From positions 637 through 64,636 of the forward strand of contig JBKBIN010000008.1 in the NCBI GenBank assembly GCA_046296715.1: DNA of 64,000 bases, given 5' to 3'. This DNA is from Candidatus Ratteibacteria bacterium (GTDB lineage Bacteria > Ratteibacteria > UBA8468 > B48-G9 > JAFGKM01). Each line of letters opens with the position of its first letter. Position 1 is the stretch's first letter. Below, in pieces: positions 38,756 to 49,497 of the stretch. The position numbers and the translations under genes are program-made. The notes beneath the pieces were generated by a model, which did no database searches, had not been told where the DNA came from, and saw nothing but the letters and a program-made list of their open reading frames with translations.

Positions 38756-40679
38756 ATATGTTTTTTACAAAAAGAAGTTTTATTTTGGGTATTTTGTTTT
38801 CAATTCTTATTGCTTTTGTTGACCATTATTCAACAGATGTAGTTCATGCTTCATATATGGCTATTGACCATATGCCATGCGGAGCAATTTTTATATTTTT
38901 TATATTTGTTTTTTTAGTTAATTCACTTCTGAAATTGATTCAGAGGAAAATAAAAAAAATGTTGCTTTTACTTCTGGTGAATTGCTTGTTGTTTATTCAA
39001 TGATGCTCGTTGCCTCTTCTGTTACTGAAATGGGTTTTGGAAGTCAGATACTGCCTATAATTTCTGCTCCCTTTTATTATTCAAGTCCACAAAATGAATG
39101 GGATAATTTATTAATTCCTTATTTAAAAAAAGTTCTTTTTGTGACTGATAAAGAAGCAGTGAAATATTTTTATGAAGGTTTACCTAAGGGAATGTCAATA
39201 CCTTGGAAAGTATGGATTTTGCCTTTACTTTACTGGATCCCTTTTATTCTTGTACTTTATTTTGTTATGATTTGTATTGCTTCAATTTTAAGGAAACAAT
39301 GGGTTGAAAGAGAAAAACTTGTCTATCCATTAACAATATTGCCAAGAGAGATGATTGAAGAAAATAAAGGGATTTTACCAAAATTTTTCAAAAATCCACT
39401 TATGTGGTTTGGATTTTCAATTGCATTTATTATAGGAACAATAAATGCTTTTCATTTCTACTTTCCAGCAGTTCCTCAAATACAACTGGTAAGGAGCATT
39501 CCTATATTTAGAAAAACTCTTACACTTATATTTAGAGTAAGTTTTCCAGTTATAGGTTTTGTTTATTTTGTAAATCTTGATGTGATATTTTCTTTATGGT
39601 TCTTCAATTTACTTTTTAAAATTATAAGAGGGATATTTAATATTGCAGGAATTACAAGTACTGAAAATGTTGGAATTTATGGTTGTGCAGGAGAAGCAAT
39701 CTTTGCCCATCTTGGAATGGGAGCAATGATAATGATGGTAGGTTATAGTTTATTTTTATGGCGACACCATTTGAAAGATGTTTTTGCAGGAGCAATAGGT
39801 AAAAAAGTTGATGATAGTGGAGAAATTTTATCTTATAAAAGTGCTTTCTGGGGGATTGTTTTTGGTTCTTTATTTATGATTTTATGGCTAATTTTTTCTG
39901 GCATGAAATGGTATATAGCAGTTTTATTTCTGATATTTGCCTTTGTAATTTGGTTAACTTTAACAAGAATTGTTTGTGAAGGCGGAATTCCAACAATGGT
40001 AGCCACAACAATCGCTTCTGCTCAAATTATATCAATGTTTGGTTCAAAAAATCTTACACCATTTACAATTCTTGCTCTTGGATTAACATACATATATGCT
40101 GCTGATTTAAGAACTTTTCCTCTTGCTTCAACTTCAATGGCTCTTAAAATAGTAGAAAAATCTGAGGCAAATAGAAGACCGTTTTTCTGGTTTTTATTTC
40201 TTGCAATTTTTGTAAATATAATCTCAACTTTAATTTTAGAATTGAAACTTGCTTATAAATATGGAGGAATTAATTTAAACAATTGGTATTTTGTTGGAGG
40301 TCCTCAAGCGCCTTATAAATATGCTGCCGATATTATAAAAAATCCAACTTTGCCTAATAAAATTGGTTGGATGAGTAGAGGAATTGGATTTTTAACGATG
40401 GGAGTTTTAATTTTTGCAAGAACAAATTTTCTCTGGTGGCCATTACATCCGATTGGATTTTTGATAGGACCAGTTTGGCTTATGGATCAACTTTGGTTTT
40501 CAATATTTGTTGTATATATTATAAAAAAGTTGATTTTGAAATATGGTGGAGCCCAAATTTATAACAAATTCAAATATTTCTTTCTTGGATTACCATTAGG
40601 TCTTTATTCCTGTGCTGGTATTTGGTTCATAATTGATTTAATTACTGGGAAACAGGGAAACTCTATTTTCTGGATATAA
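38752..40679 (+). pseudogene. DUF6785-like polytopic membrane protein split by a -1 frameshift at an A8 run (possible sequencing error)
   Basis: ORFs 38752-39003 and 38982-40679 join as ...KIKK-NVAFTSGELLVVYSMM if one A is added at 38952-38959; motifs RKQWVE.EKL.YP and WWPLHPIGF. Confidence 0.7.
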
Positions 40680-40684
40680 AATAA

Positions 40685-41704
40685 ATGAAAATTGGTTTAG
40701 AAAAAATTCTAAATATTGAAAAAATTAAAAAAAACTTTAAATCTTTCTCATCAAAAAAAATTCTAATAATTGGAGATATTATACTTGACCATTATATTTT
40801 TGGAGATGTTGAAAGAGTATCTCCTGAAGCACCTGTTCCTGTAGTTGAAGTAAAAAACGAAAGTTTTTTCGCTGGAGGAGCAGGAAATACATCATTAAAT
40901 ATAAAAGATATGGATGGAAATGTATTTTTGATTTCAGCAATTGGGAAGGATAAAAATGGAAAAATTTTAGAAAAGGTCCTTATTGATAAAAAAATAGAAT
41001 TTTTTCTTCTTAAAAGAAATATACCTACAACCGTTAAAACAAGAATAATTGCAAAAAATCAGCAAATAGTTCGTCTTGACATAGAGAAAGTTAAACAATT
41101 AAGTAGAAAAGAAGAGGAAGAGATCAAAAAAATTATTTTAAAAAAAATTGATCAAATAGAAATTATTGTTGTGTCTGACTATGGAAAGGGTTTAATAACA
41201 GAAAATATAATTGAATTTTTAAAAAAATTTAAAAAAAGAATAATTGTTGACCCAAAACCTGAAAATTTTAAATTTTATAAGGATGTTTTTTGTATAACTC
41301 CTAATAAGAACGAAGCAATCTTAGGAATCGGGAAAACTAACGTAAAAGATTTTAAAGGTATTATTAAAACAGGAATTGAAATTTTAAATTTTTTAGAATC
41401 TGAAAATCTTATAATAACTCTTGGTAAAGATGGTATGATTGTTTTTAAAAATAAAAGTGAAATATATCATATACCTTCAATTGCAAAAGATGTTTATGAT
41501 GTTACAGGAGCAGGAGATACTGTTTGTGGAATATTTTCACTTTATTTAAGTGTAAGTAATGATATTTTAGAAAGTGCTATTGTTTCAAATTTTGCTGCTG
41601 GAATTGTTGTTGGAAAAATTGGGACAGTAACAACAAATCAAAAAGAATTTATTGAGTTTTTTAAAAATAACTATAAAAATTTTTTTGTTGAAAAAATAAA
41701 ATGA
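40685..41704 (+). CDS. hldA: D-glycero-D-manno-heptose-7-phosphate kinase (HldA/RfaE1)
   Basis: GD.ILDHY, RVSPEAPVPV, SDYGKG, VDPK, TPN, VYDVTGAGDT. Confidence 0.92.
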   Translation: MKIGLEKILNIEKIKKNFKSFSSKKILIIGDIILDHYIFGDVERVSPEAPVPVVEVKNESFFAGGAGNTSLNIKDMDGNVFLISAIGKDKNGKILEKVLIDKKIEFFLLKRNIPTTVKTRIIAKNQQIVRLDIEKVKQLSRKEEEEIKKIILKKIDQIEIIVVSDYGKGLITENIIEFLKKFKKRIIVDPKPENFKFYKDVFCITPNKNEAILGIGKTNVKDFKGIIKTGIEILNFLESENLIITLGKDGMIVFKNKSEIYHIPSIAKDVYDVTGAGDTVCGIFSLYLSVSNDILESAIVSNFAAGIVVGKIGTVTTNQKEFIEFFKNNYKNFFVEKIK

Positions 41705-41744
41705 AAAGTTTATAATAACAAAATTGAAAACTTGAAAGGAAAAA

Positions 41745-42446
41745 ATGATTGGCGAAGAAATAGAAAAACTTTTACAACTACAAGAGATTGATAGTGAAAT
41801 ATTGGAAAAAGAACAAGAGTTAGAATCGTTTCCTAAAAAAGTTGAAATGTTAAATAAAGAAATTGAAGATATTGAAAATCAGATTAAATCTCAGAAAGAA
41901 GATTTGAAAAAGATTCAACTTGATAGAAGAGAAAAAGAACTTGAAATTAAAAGTTATGAAGAAGAATTGAAAAATTTAAATAAGAAACTTGACGGAGTAA
42001 AAGATAATAAAGAATATGAAGCACTTTTAATAGAAATTGCAAATAATAAGAAAAAAATTTCTGAAACTGAGGATGATGTTCTTTTATTGATGGAAAAAGA
42101 AGACGATATGTTAAAAAAATTAAAAATTTTAGAGGAAAAATTAAAAAAAACGAAAGAAAAAGTTTCAAAAATTATAGAAGAAGAGAGAAAAAAGATAGAG
42201 GATTTGAAGATAGAAGTAGAAGGGAAAAAACGCGAAAGAGAAAATTTTGTGAAAAATATAGACTATAAAGTTTATACTTTATATGAAAAAATAAGGAAAT
42301 CTAAAAAGGATAAAATAGTAATAGTAAAAATCGAAAATGGGATATGTGGGGGATGTTATATGAAACTTCCTACCTTTTTAGTAGAAAAAGTAAAAAGGAA
42401 AAAAGAAATCGTTCAATGTGAAAATTGCAGTAGAATTTTATTTTAA
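41745..42446 (+). CDS. Coiled-coil protein with C4 zinc ribbon (DUF164/CT398-like)
   Basis: LL.LQ.ID, long coiled coil, CGGC...CENC.RIL. Confidence 0.88.
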   Translation: MIGEEIEKLLQLQEIDSEILEKEQELESFPKKVEMLNKEIEDIENQIKSQKEDLKKIQLDRREKELEIKSYEEELKNLNKKLDGVKDNKEYEALLIEIANNKKKISETEDDVLLLMEKEDDMLKKLKILEEKLKKTKEKVSKIIEEERKKIEDLKIEVEGKKRERENFVKNIDYKVYTLYEKIRKSKKDKIVIVKIENGICGGCYMKLPTFLVEKVKRKKEIVQCENCSRILF

Positions 42447-42856
42447 TGGAAAAAATCTATATTTATATAGATGGTGCTTCAAAAGGAAATCCTGGTAAAA
42501 GTGCATATGGAGTAGTAATTTTCAAAAATGATAAAATATACAAAAAAATAGGTGATTATATTGGAATAACAACAAATAATGTCGCTGAATATATATCCTT
42601 AATTTTTGCTCTTATTGAATGTCTTCCTTTTAAAACAAATGAGATTGAGATAAGGAGTGACAGTCAACTTCTTGTTAAACAAGTAAAAGGTGAATATAAA
42701 GTAAGGGATGAGAAATTATTAATTTTTCATAAGATAGTCAATTTTTTATTTTCAAAGTATAATAATATTAAAATAACACATATCAGTAGAGAAGATAATA
42801 AAATTGCAGACCAACTTGCAAATTCGTTCATTGAAAAAAAGGGTGATTTATTCTAA
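42446..42856 (+). CDS. rnhA: Ribonuclease HI
   Basis: IDGASKGNPG, TNNVAEY, SDSQLLV.Q..G.YKV, N..AD.LAN. Confidence 0.92.
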   Translation: MEKIYIYIDGASKGNPGKSAYGVVIFKNDKIYKKIGDYIGITTNNVAEYISLIFALIECLPFKTNEIEIRSDSQLLVKQVKGEYKVRDEKLLIFHKIVNFLFSKYNNIKITHISREDNKIADQLANSFIEKKGDLF

Positions 42857-43204
42857 AAGGAGTGACCAAGGTGTCGCCCACCAGATTTTCTGGTGGGAGG
42901 AAAGTCCGGACTCCTGCAGGGAAGATGGTTCCTAACAGGAACAGGTAGCAATACCTGGAAAGTGCCACAGAAAATACACTGCCTGCTACTTATAAAGTAG
43001 CAGGTAAAGGTGAAAAGGCGAGGTAAGAGCTCACCACTTCTCTGGTGACAGAGAAGGTATGGCAAACCCCATCTGGAGCAAGGTCAAGCAGAACCGATGG
43101 GTTCCCTGCCCCAAAAGGTTCGGGTAGACCGCTTGAGTCAGAAGGTGACTTCTGACCAAGATGAATGACACCTAAAACAGAATCCGGCTTATTGGTCACT
43201 CCTT
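42857..43204 (+). ncRNA. rnpB: RNase P RNA, class A
   Basis: GC-rich island; P1 AAGGAGTGACCAA/TTGGTCACTCCTT; GAGGAAAGTCCGG, AGTGCCACAGAAA, GGCAAACCCC, CAGAATCCGGCTTA. Confidence 0.97.
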
Positions 43205-43230
43205 GATAAAATTTTAAAAAGGAGAAATTT

Positions 43231-44457
43231 ATGAATTATGAAAAATGGATTGAGAATGGACTAAAACAACTTGAAGATGAATTTGGATCGGAAAGGGTTA
43301 AAAAAGCTATTGAATATGTTAAAAATTTTGAAGTAGAAATTCCAAGTTGGATATTTGGAAATTTTGGAGGAGGTAGATTTGGAAACTATACTCCACCAGG
43401 TTATGCAAGGAATATATACGAAAAAATTGATGATGCTTGTTTTGTCCATAAATTAACAGGATGTACACCAAGAATAGCAACTCATATTTTATGGGATTTT
43501 TCAATAAATGGAATAGAGCCTGATTACAAAATTGTTAAAGATGTTTATGAGTATGCAAAAGAGAAAGGGATTTCTTTAGGAGCAATAAGTCCTACATATT
43601 TTCTCACAGGTTCTTATAGAGGGAGTTTTACCTGTCCTGATATAAACACAAGAAAGAGATATATTGAACAAACAATTTTTGGGGCTGAAATTGCAAAAAA
43701 ATATGGGAATAGACTTCTAACACTTTGGTTTCCTGATGGTTCACTTTATCCAGGACAGATTGATTTGAAAGAAAATTATGAATTAATGAAAAAATCTTTG
43801 ATTGAAAGTTATGAAAAAATTCCAAAGGATGTAAATTTACTTATTGAATATAAACTGTTTGAACCTGGAACGTATAGTACAACAATTCCTGATTGGGGGA
43901 CTTCATACATCCTTGCAAAGACACTTGGTAAGAATGTCGGTGTTTTAATTGATTTAGGACATCATCCTCATGGGGTAAATATTGAACAGATTGTTTCTAC
44001 TTTAATATCAGAAAGTATACCTTGTGGTTTCCATTTTAATACGAGATATGCAGCAGACGATGACCATGCTGTTGAGCCAAATCCACAGGTCGCAAGAATA
44101 TTTTATGAACTTGTAAAAGGGAAAGTAATTTGTAACAAAAATAAAAAGAAAAATTGGGCATATATGATTGATCAAGCAAGCGGAAGAGAAAATAGATTTC
44201 ATTCAATTTTACACTCAATTGATTCACTTCAAATCTCTCTTGCAAGAGCAGTTCTTGTTGAAAAAGAAAAAATCAAAGAATTACAAAATAAAGATGAAAT
44301 AATTTTATCAAATAGAGTTTTCAATTCTGCAATTTCTTTATGTGATGTAAGACCAATTGTATTTAAAGCAAGATTGGAAAAAAATCTTCCTCTTGATCCT
44401 ATAAGGAGTTATATTGAAAGTGGATATCAGGAAAAAATTGAAAATAAAAGAAAATAA
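43231..44457 (+). CDS. L-rhamnose isomerase-like sugar isomerase (RhaI/xylose isomerase fold)
   Basis: EIPSW, LWFPDGS.YPGQ, IEYK.FEP, DWG, DLGHH, HFN..YAADDD, MIDQ. Confidence 0.85.
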   Translation: MNYEKWIENGLKQLEDEFGSERVKKAIEYVKNFEVEIPSWIFGNFGGGRFGNYTPPGYARNIYEKIDDACFVHKLTGCTPRIATHILWDFSINGIEPDYKIVKDVYEYAKEKGISLGAISPTYFLTGSYRGSFTCPDINTRKRYIEQTIFGAEIAKKYGNRLLTLWFPDGSLYPGQIDLKENYELMKKSLIESYEKIPKDVNLLIEYKLFEPGTYSTTIPDWGTSYILAKTLGKNVGVLIDLGHHPHGVNIEQIVSTLISESIPCGFHFNTRYAADDDHAVEPNPQVARIFYELVKGKVICNKNKKKNWAYMIDQASGRENRFHSILHSIDSLQISLARAVLVEKEKIKELQNKDEIILSNRVFNSAISLCDVRPIVFKARLEKNLPLDPIRSYIESGYQEKIENKRK

Positions 44458-44538
44458 ATAGATATTTTGAAGTTTCAATAATTAAAAGTTGAAAATTACC
44501 CATCTGTAAATCCTTGATTATCTTCACTCTTCCGCTTT

Positions 44539-44555
44539 CACCTCGTAGGTGTTAA
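44539..44555 (+). repeat. REP-like palindromic repeat, copy 4 (core only)
   Basis: CACCTCGTAGGTGTTAA upstream of the mraZ promoter. Confidence 0.75.
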
Positions 44556-44585
44556 GGGACAGGGAAATTATAAATCTGAAAAAAC

Positions 44586-44614
44586 TTGACAAAATTTAAA
44601 AGTAAGTATTTAAT
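44586..44614 (+). promoter_or_regulatory. dcw cluster promoter
   Basis: TTGACA-17 nt-TTTAAT. Confidence 0.55.
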
Positions 44615-44632
44615 GATATAAAAAGGTGAAAA

Positions 44633-45070
44633 ATGGTATATTTTGGAGAATATAGGAGTAAAATTGAATCTCAGGGTAGAGTAATTATTCCATCTAAATT
44701 AAGAAGTTTAATAAAAGAAGATGGGAATAATATTGTTTATATAACAAAAGGAATAGAGAAATGTCTTTTTGTCTTTCCTGAAAAAATTTTTGAACAACAA
44801 GTAGAAAAGATAAATGAGCTTTCTTTTACAAAAGGGAATCCCAGAATATTTACGAGACTATTTTATTCTGGTTCTTTTAAGGAAAAAATGGATAAACAAG
44901 GTAGAATTTTAATTCCGGTTCAGTTAATTGAATATGCCGAAATTAAAGAAAATATTGTTATTATTGGTGCAGGAAAAAGAATAGAAATATGGGATGAGTT
45001 AAAGTGGAAAGAATTTTGTGATAAATATGGACCATCTTATGGAGAAATTGCTGATAAAATCTGGGAATGA
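44633..45070 (+). CDS. mraZ: Transcriptional regulator MraZ
   Basis: FGEY...QGRVIIP, DKQGRILIP, IGAG.RIEIW. Confidence 0.95.
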   Translation: MVYFGEYRSKIESQGRVIIPSKLRSLIKEDGNNIVYITKGIEKCLFVFPEKIFEQQVEKINELSFTKGNPRIFTRLFYSGSFKEKMDKQGRILIPVQLIEYAEIKENIVIIGAGKRIEIWDELKWKEFCDKYGPSYGEIADKIWE

Positions 45071-45071
45071 A

Positions 45072-45947
45072 ATGCATTACCCTGTTTTAAAAAATGAAGT
45101 TGTAGAATGGATAAACTTGAAAGATGGTGGTTTATATATAGATTGCACCTGTGGAACAGGAGGACATAGTAAATCTTTACTTTCTTCGGGTAAAAATATT
45201 TTTTTAATATGTATTGATAAGGATGAAAAAATGTTGGAAATAGCAAGAGAAAATTTAAAGGAGTTTGAAAATTATAAGTTAATTAAAGGTGGTTTTGAAA
45301 ATATAGATAGAATTTTAGAAAAAGAAGGAATATATAAAGTAGATGGCTTTCTTTTTGATCTTGGTTTTTCACTATTGCAAGTTAAAGATCCTGAAAGAGG
45401 TTTTAGTTTTCAAGTTGAAGGGCCTCTTGATATGAGATATGATAGATCATCTAATTTAACCGCTTTTGATATTATAAATAAATGGAAGAGAAAAGATTTA
45501 GTTTACATTTTCAAAAATTATGGAGATATTAAAAATTGTGAAAAAATAGTTGATAAAATTATAGAAAGAAGAGAAAGAAAAAAGTTTGAAACTACAACAG
45601 AACTTTCTGAATTTATATCTCAAAATTTTAAAGAAAGAAAAAAGATACATCCTGCAACAAGATTTTTTCTTGCATTAAGAATTATAGTAAATAATGAATT
45701 GGACTGTTTAAAAATTGGACTTGAAAAATCATTAAATTTTTTAAAAGATAAAGGAAGAATACTCGTTATAAGTTTTAACTCACTTGAAGATAGAATTGTT
45801 AAAAATTTCTTAAAACAAAAAAAAGAAATAAAAATCTTGACAAAAAAACCTTTAACACCATCAAAACAAGAAATAAAAGAAAATCCTTTAAGCAGAAGTG
45901 CAAAACTAAGGGTTGGAGAGAAAGATGAAAAAAAAGAAAAAGAATAG
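45072..45947 (+). CDS. rsmH: 16S rRNA m4C1402 methyltransferase
   Basis: HYPVL, DCTCGTGGHS, DLG.S..Q, RGFSF, PLDMR, HPATR.F.ALRI, SAKLR. Confidence 0.95.
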   Translation: MHYPVLKNEVVEWINLKDGGLYIDCTCGTGGHSKSLLSSGKNIFLICIDKDEKMLEIARENLKEFENYKLIKGGFENIDRILEKEGIYKVDGFLFDLGFSLLQVKDPERGFSFQVEGPLDMRYDRSSNLTAFDIINKWKRKDLVYIFKNYGDIKNCEKIVDKIIERRERKKFETTTELSEFISQNFKERKKIHPATRFFLALRIIVNNELDCLKIGLEKSLNFLKDKGRILVISFNSLEDRIVKNFLKQKKEIKILTKKPLTPSKQEIKENPLSRSAKLRVGEKDEKKEKE

Positions 45948-46266
45948 GAATGAGTTTAGAGAATTTTCACTATTTATAGTAATTGGATTCTTTTTGTTCG
46001 TCTATGTGTTTTTATATATAAAAATAATACAGATTGGATATCAAACAGAAAAACTGAAAGAAAAGTATGACCTTTTAAATCTATTAAATAAAAGTTATAA
46101 TCTCCAAATTATAAAACTTACTCATCCAGAAAATTTAATAAAAATTGCGAAAGAAAAAAATATTAATCTTACAACTCCCAAAAATTGGTGTTTTTTAGAA
46201 ATAAGAGGAGAAAAGGATGAAACTAATTATAAAAAATCTACAGTTCTTGAAGCAAAAACAAGGTAA
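45925..46266 (+). CDS. ftsL: Cell division protein FtsL-like
   Basis: Position between rsmH and the PBP gene; single TM, coiled coil, L..P..L.KIA. Confidence 0.65.
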   Translation: MKKKKKNRNEFREFSLFIVIGFFLFVYVFLYIKIIQIGYQTEKLKEKYDLLNLLNKSYNLQIIKLTHPENLIKIAKEKNINLTTPKNWCFLEIRGEKDETNYKKSTVLEAKTR

Positions 46267-48001
46267 TATTTTTGAACAGCGACTTAAATATACTAAAAGA
46301 ATTTTTTTCTTTTGTTTTTTAGTAATATTCTATAAACTATTTAATCTTCAGGTTATAAAGTATTCAAAAAATGCAATTATTGATAAAAAAACAAAATATG
46401 CAAGAATAAAAATTCTTGCAGAAAGAGGTAAAATCTATGACAGAACTGGAAAACTTCTTGCTTTTAATTTCCCAAATTATTCTTTATATTTTGATACATG
46501 GATGATAAATAAATTGAAGATAGAAGAGCCAGGGTATTTAAATGAATTGAAAAACCAACTTTCCGAAATTTTAAAAATAGATCAAAAGGATATAGAAAAA
46601 AAGATTAATGAACCATATTGTTTAATAAAAAAAAATCTTGAGATTGAAGAGTATGAAAAAATTAAAAGATTAAAACTTAAAGGTGTATATTTTGAAACAA
46701 ATTATAAAAGAATTTATCCTTATGGAAAACATGCCTGTCATATACTTGGTTTTACTGATGTAGATGGAAAAGGAATTGAAGGTGTTGAATATTTTTATGA
46801 TACTTTTCTAAAGGGTAAAGATGGAATATATCTTGTTTTGAAGGATGGTCTTGGAAATTTAATTCCATCAATAAGGAAAAAATTGATAAAAGAAGAAAAA
46901 GGAAAAGATATTGTTTTAACTATTGACTCTAATATTCAATTTATTGTTGAGGAAGAAATCAAAAATGGCTATGAAAAATTCAATCCCAAAAATATTTCTG
47001 TGATAGTAATGGACTCGGATACAGGAGAAATACTTGCTCTTGCGAATTATCCTGATTATGACCCAAATAACTTTTCAAAATTTGATTTATCAATTATAAG
47101 AAACAAGTGTATCACTGACCTTTTTGAACCAGGTTCAATATTTAAAATTGTCACTGCTGCCGCAGCAATTGAAGAAAATCTTTTTACCCCTTCTTCACGA
47201 ATAATGTGTGAGTACGGAAAATGGTTTGTGAGAGGTCATTATATTCATGATGTGCATCCTTATGGGCTTTTAACATTTGAGGATATATTGGCTAAGTCAA
47301 GTAATATTGGAATTGTGAAAATTGCAATGTCTCTTGGAGAAGGAAAACTTTATGAATATTGCAAAAAATTTAGATTTGGAGAGAGAACTGGAATTGATCT
47401 GTCAGGTGAAATAGGAGGTATCTTTAGACCTCTTGAGCAATGGACTTCCTATTCAATAACAGCAATACCTTTTGGTCAAGAAGTAGGAATAACTTCTATT
47501 CAAGCAGTTAGAGCAATTTCAGTTTTTGCAAATGGAGGGTATCTTGTCAAACCGCATATTTTGAAAAAAATAAAGGATGGAGACGGGAATGAAATATTTA
47601 ACTTCAATTATACTAACGAGAAAGAACAGATTTTGTCGCCTCAAACAACATATATTATAAGACAAATATTAAAAAAAGTTGTAAGTGAAGAAGGAACAGC
47701 ATCTACAGCAAAAATTGATGGGTATAATATTTATGGAAAAACAGGGACTTCCCAAAAGGCAATTGGAGGCGTCTATTTAAAAGGAAAATATGTTTCTTCT
47801 TTTGTTGGTTTTTTACTAAGTAAGAAAAAAAATATTGCTATTACAGTTAATGTAGATGAACCAGTTGGAGTTTATTATGGAGGGCTTGTTGCAGCTCCTA
47901 TTTTTAGAAATATAATTGCAAGAATAATAAATTATTATCAGATACCACCTGAAAATGAGTTAAAATTAGTTTACAAAAATGAAATTAAAGGAACTGATTA
48001 A
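46217..48001 (+). CDS. ftsI: Class B penicillin-binding protein (FtsI)
   Basis: RG.IYDR, RIYP.G, EPGSIFK (SxxK), SSN, KTGT. Confidence 0.92.
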   Translation: MKLIIKNLQFLKQKQGNIFEQRLKYTKRIFFFCFLVIFYKLFNLQVIKYSKNAIIDKKTKYARIKILAERGKIYDRTGKLLAFNFPNYSLYFDTWMINKLKIEEPGYLNELKNQLSEILKIDQKDIEKKINEPYCLIKKNLEIEEYEKIKRLKLKGVYFETNYKRIYPYGKHACHILGFTDVDGKGIEGVEYFYDTFLKGKDGIYLVLKDGLGNLIPSIRKKLIKEEKGKDIVLTIDSNIQFIVEEEIKNGYEKFNPKNISVIVMDSDTGEILALANYPDYDPNNFSKFDLSIIRNKCITDLFEPGSIFKIVTAAAAIEENLFTPSSRIMCEYGKWFVRGHYIHDVHPYGLLTFEDILAKSSNIGIVKIAMSLGEGKLYEYCKKFRFGERTGIDLSGEIGGIFRPLEQWTSYSITAIPFGQEVGITSIQAVRAISVFANGGYLVKPHILKKIKDGDGNEIFNFNYTNEKEQILSPQTTYIIRQILKKVVSEEGTASTAKIDGYNIYGKTGTSQKAIGGVYLKGKYVSSFVGFLLSKKKNIAITVNVDEPVGVYYGGLVAAPIFRNIIARIINYYQIPPENELKLVYKNEIKGTD

Positions 48002-49496
48002 AGATATTAAAAAGAAGAAGGTTTTTAATATTAATAATTTTGAAGTCAAAGGGATTGCTTACGACTCAAGAAAGATTCAAGAAAATTATATTTTTGTTGC
48101 AATAAAAGGGACAAAACAAGATGGACATAATTTTGTAAACGATGCAATTGAAAGAGGTGCAAAATGTATAGTTGTAAGTAAACGACCTTCAATTGTTCGT
48201 TCTGATATTACAGAAATTATTGTTGAAGATACAAAAAAATCATTAAGTGAAATTGCAAATATTTATTACGATTATCCTTCAAAAAAGTTAAATGTTTTAG
48301 GAATAACAGGAACAAATGGAAAGACAACAACAAATTTTGTAATTAAGCAAATACTTGAGGAAAATGGAATTAAGACAGGTCTTATTGGAACGATCTTTTA
48401 CGAGATAGGGGAAAGAAGAATTGTATCAACAAATACAACACCTGAATCGCTTGATTTAATTGAAATGTTTTCTGAAATGTTGAAAAATAATTGTAAATGG
48501 GCTGTTATGGAAGTATCATCACATGGTATTGACCAAAAAAGGATAGAAGGAATTGATTTTAATGTTGGTATTTTTACAAATATTGCTTCTCATGAACATC
48601 TTGATTATCATAAAACATTCAAAAATTATCTTAATACAAAACTTCTTTTCTTTACAAAATATCTAAAAGAAAGTGAAAAAAAAGAAAAATATGCAATAAT
48701 TAACATAGATTCCCCTTATTCTAAAATTTTTGTAAAAAGATGTGAAAAATCTGGTATTGAATTAATAACATTTGGTAAAAATAAAAATGCAAATATAAAA
48801 CTTTTAAATTATTATATTGAGAAAGAAGGAAATTTTTTAGAGGTTAAAATTGAAAATGAAAAATTAACTTTCAAAAGCAAAATTAGTGGTCTTGGTAACA
48901 TATATAATTTGCTTGCAGGTATTGCTTTTTCATATATATATAAAATTTCCTACCAAACAGTTCAAAATGCCTTTTTAAAGATTGAGAGTATACCTGGAAG
49001 GTTTGAATTTATAAATGAAGGACAGGATTTTTCAGTTATTGTTGATTATGCTCATACACATCAAGCATTAAAAAATTTATTACTTTCTGTTAAAAATTTA
49101 AAACCAAGGCGGATAATAGTTATTTTTGGATGTGGTGGAGATAGAGATAAAAGTAAAAGACCATTGATGGGGAAAATTGCTGCTAAAATGGCTGATTTTG
49201 TTATTATTACCTCTGATAATCCCAGAACCGAAGATCCTATTAAAATAATAAAAGATATTGAAAGTGGTATACCATTTTATTTAAGAAGGAAATATATATC
49301 AATACCTGATAGGAAAAGAGCGATTTATGAAGGTATTTCAATGGCAAAAACTAACGACTGTGTAGTAATAGCAGGCAAAGGTCATGAAGCATTTCAGATA
49401 TTAAAGGATGTTACTATCCCTTTTGACGATAGAGAGGAAGCGAGAAAAGCGATTAGAGAAATATTTAGTAAAAGAAAAGAAGAGAAACTTCTTTAA
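47979..49496 (+). CDS. murE: UDP-MurNAc-tripeptide synthetase (meso-DAP type)
   Basis: TGTNGKTT, MEVSSH, HLDYH, VDYAHT, GCGGDRD, DNPR, AGKGHE. Confidence 0.96.
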   Translation: MKLKELIKDIKKKKVFNINNFEVKGIAYDSRKIQENYIFVAIKGTKQDGHNFVNDAIERGAKCIVVSKRPSIVRSDITEIIVEDTKKSLSEIANIYYDYPSKKLNVLGITGTNGKTTTNFVIKQILEENGIKTGLIGTIFYEIGERRIVSTNTTPESLDLIEMFSEMLKNNCKWAVMEVSSHGIDQKRIEGIDFNVGIFTNIASHEHLDYHKTFKNYLNTKLLFFTKYLKESEKKEKYAIINIDSPYSKIFVKRCEKSGIELITFGKNKNANIKLLNYYIEKEGNFLEVKIENEKLTFKSKISGLGNIYNLLAGIAFSYIYKISYQTVQNAFLKIESIPGRFEFINEGQDFSVIVDYAHTHQALKNLLLSVKNLKPRRIIVIFGCGGDRDKSKRPLMGKIAAKMADFVIITSDNPRTEDPIKIIKDIESGIPFYLRRKYISIPDRKRAIYEGISMAKTNDCVVIAGKGHEAFQILKDVTIPFDDREEARKAIREIFSKRKEEKLL

Positions 49497-49497
49497 A

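Noticed and set aside
42853-43199. Two minus-strand ORFs of 69-70 aa
   Set aside because: They are antisense shadows of the RNase P RNA.
44560-44632. MraZ-binding GTGG direct repeats
   Set aside because: No periodic GTGG/TGGG repeats are visible upstream of mraZ.
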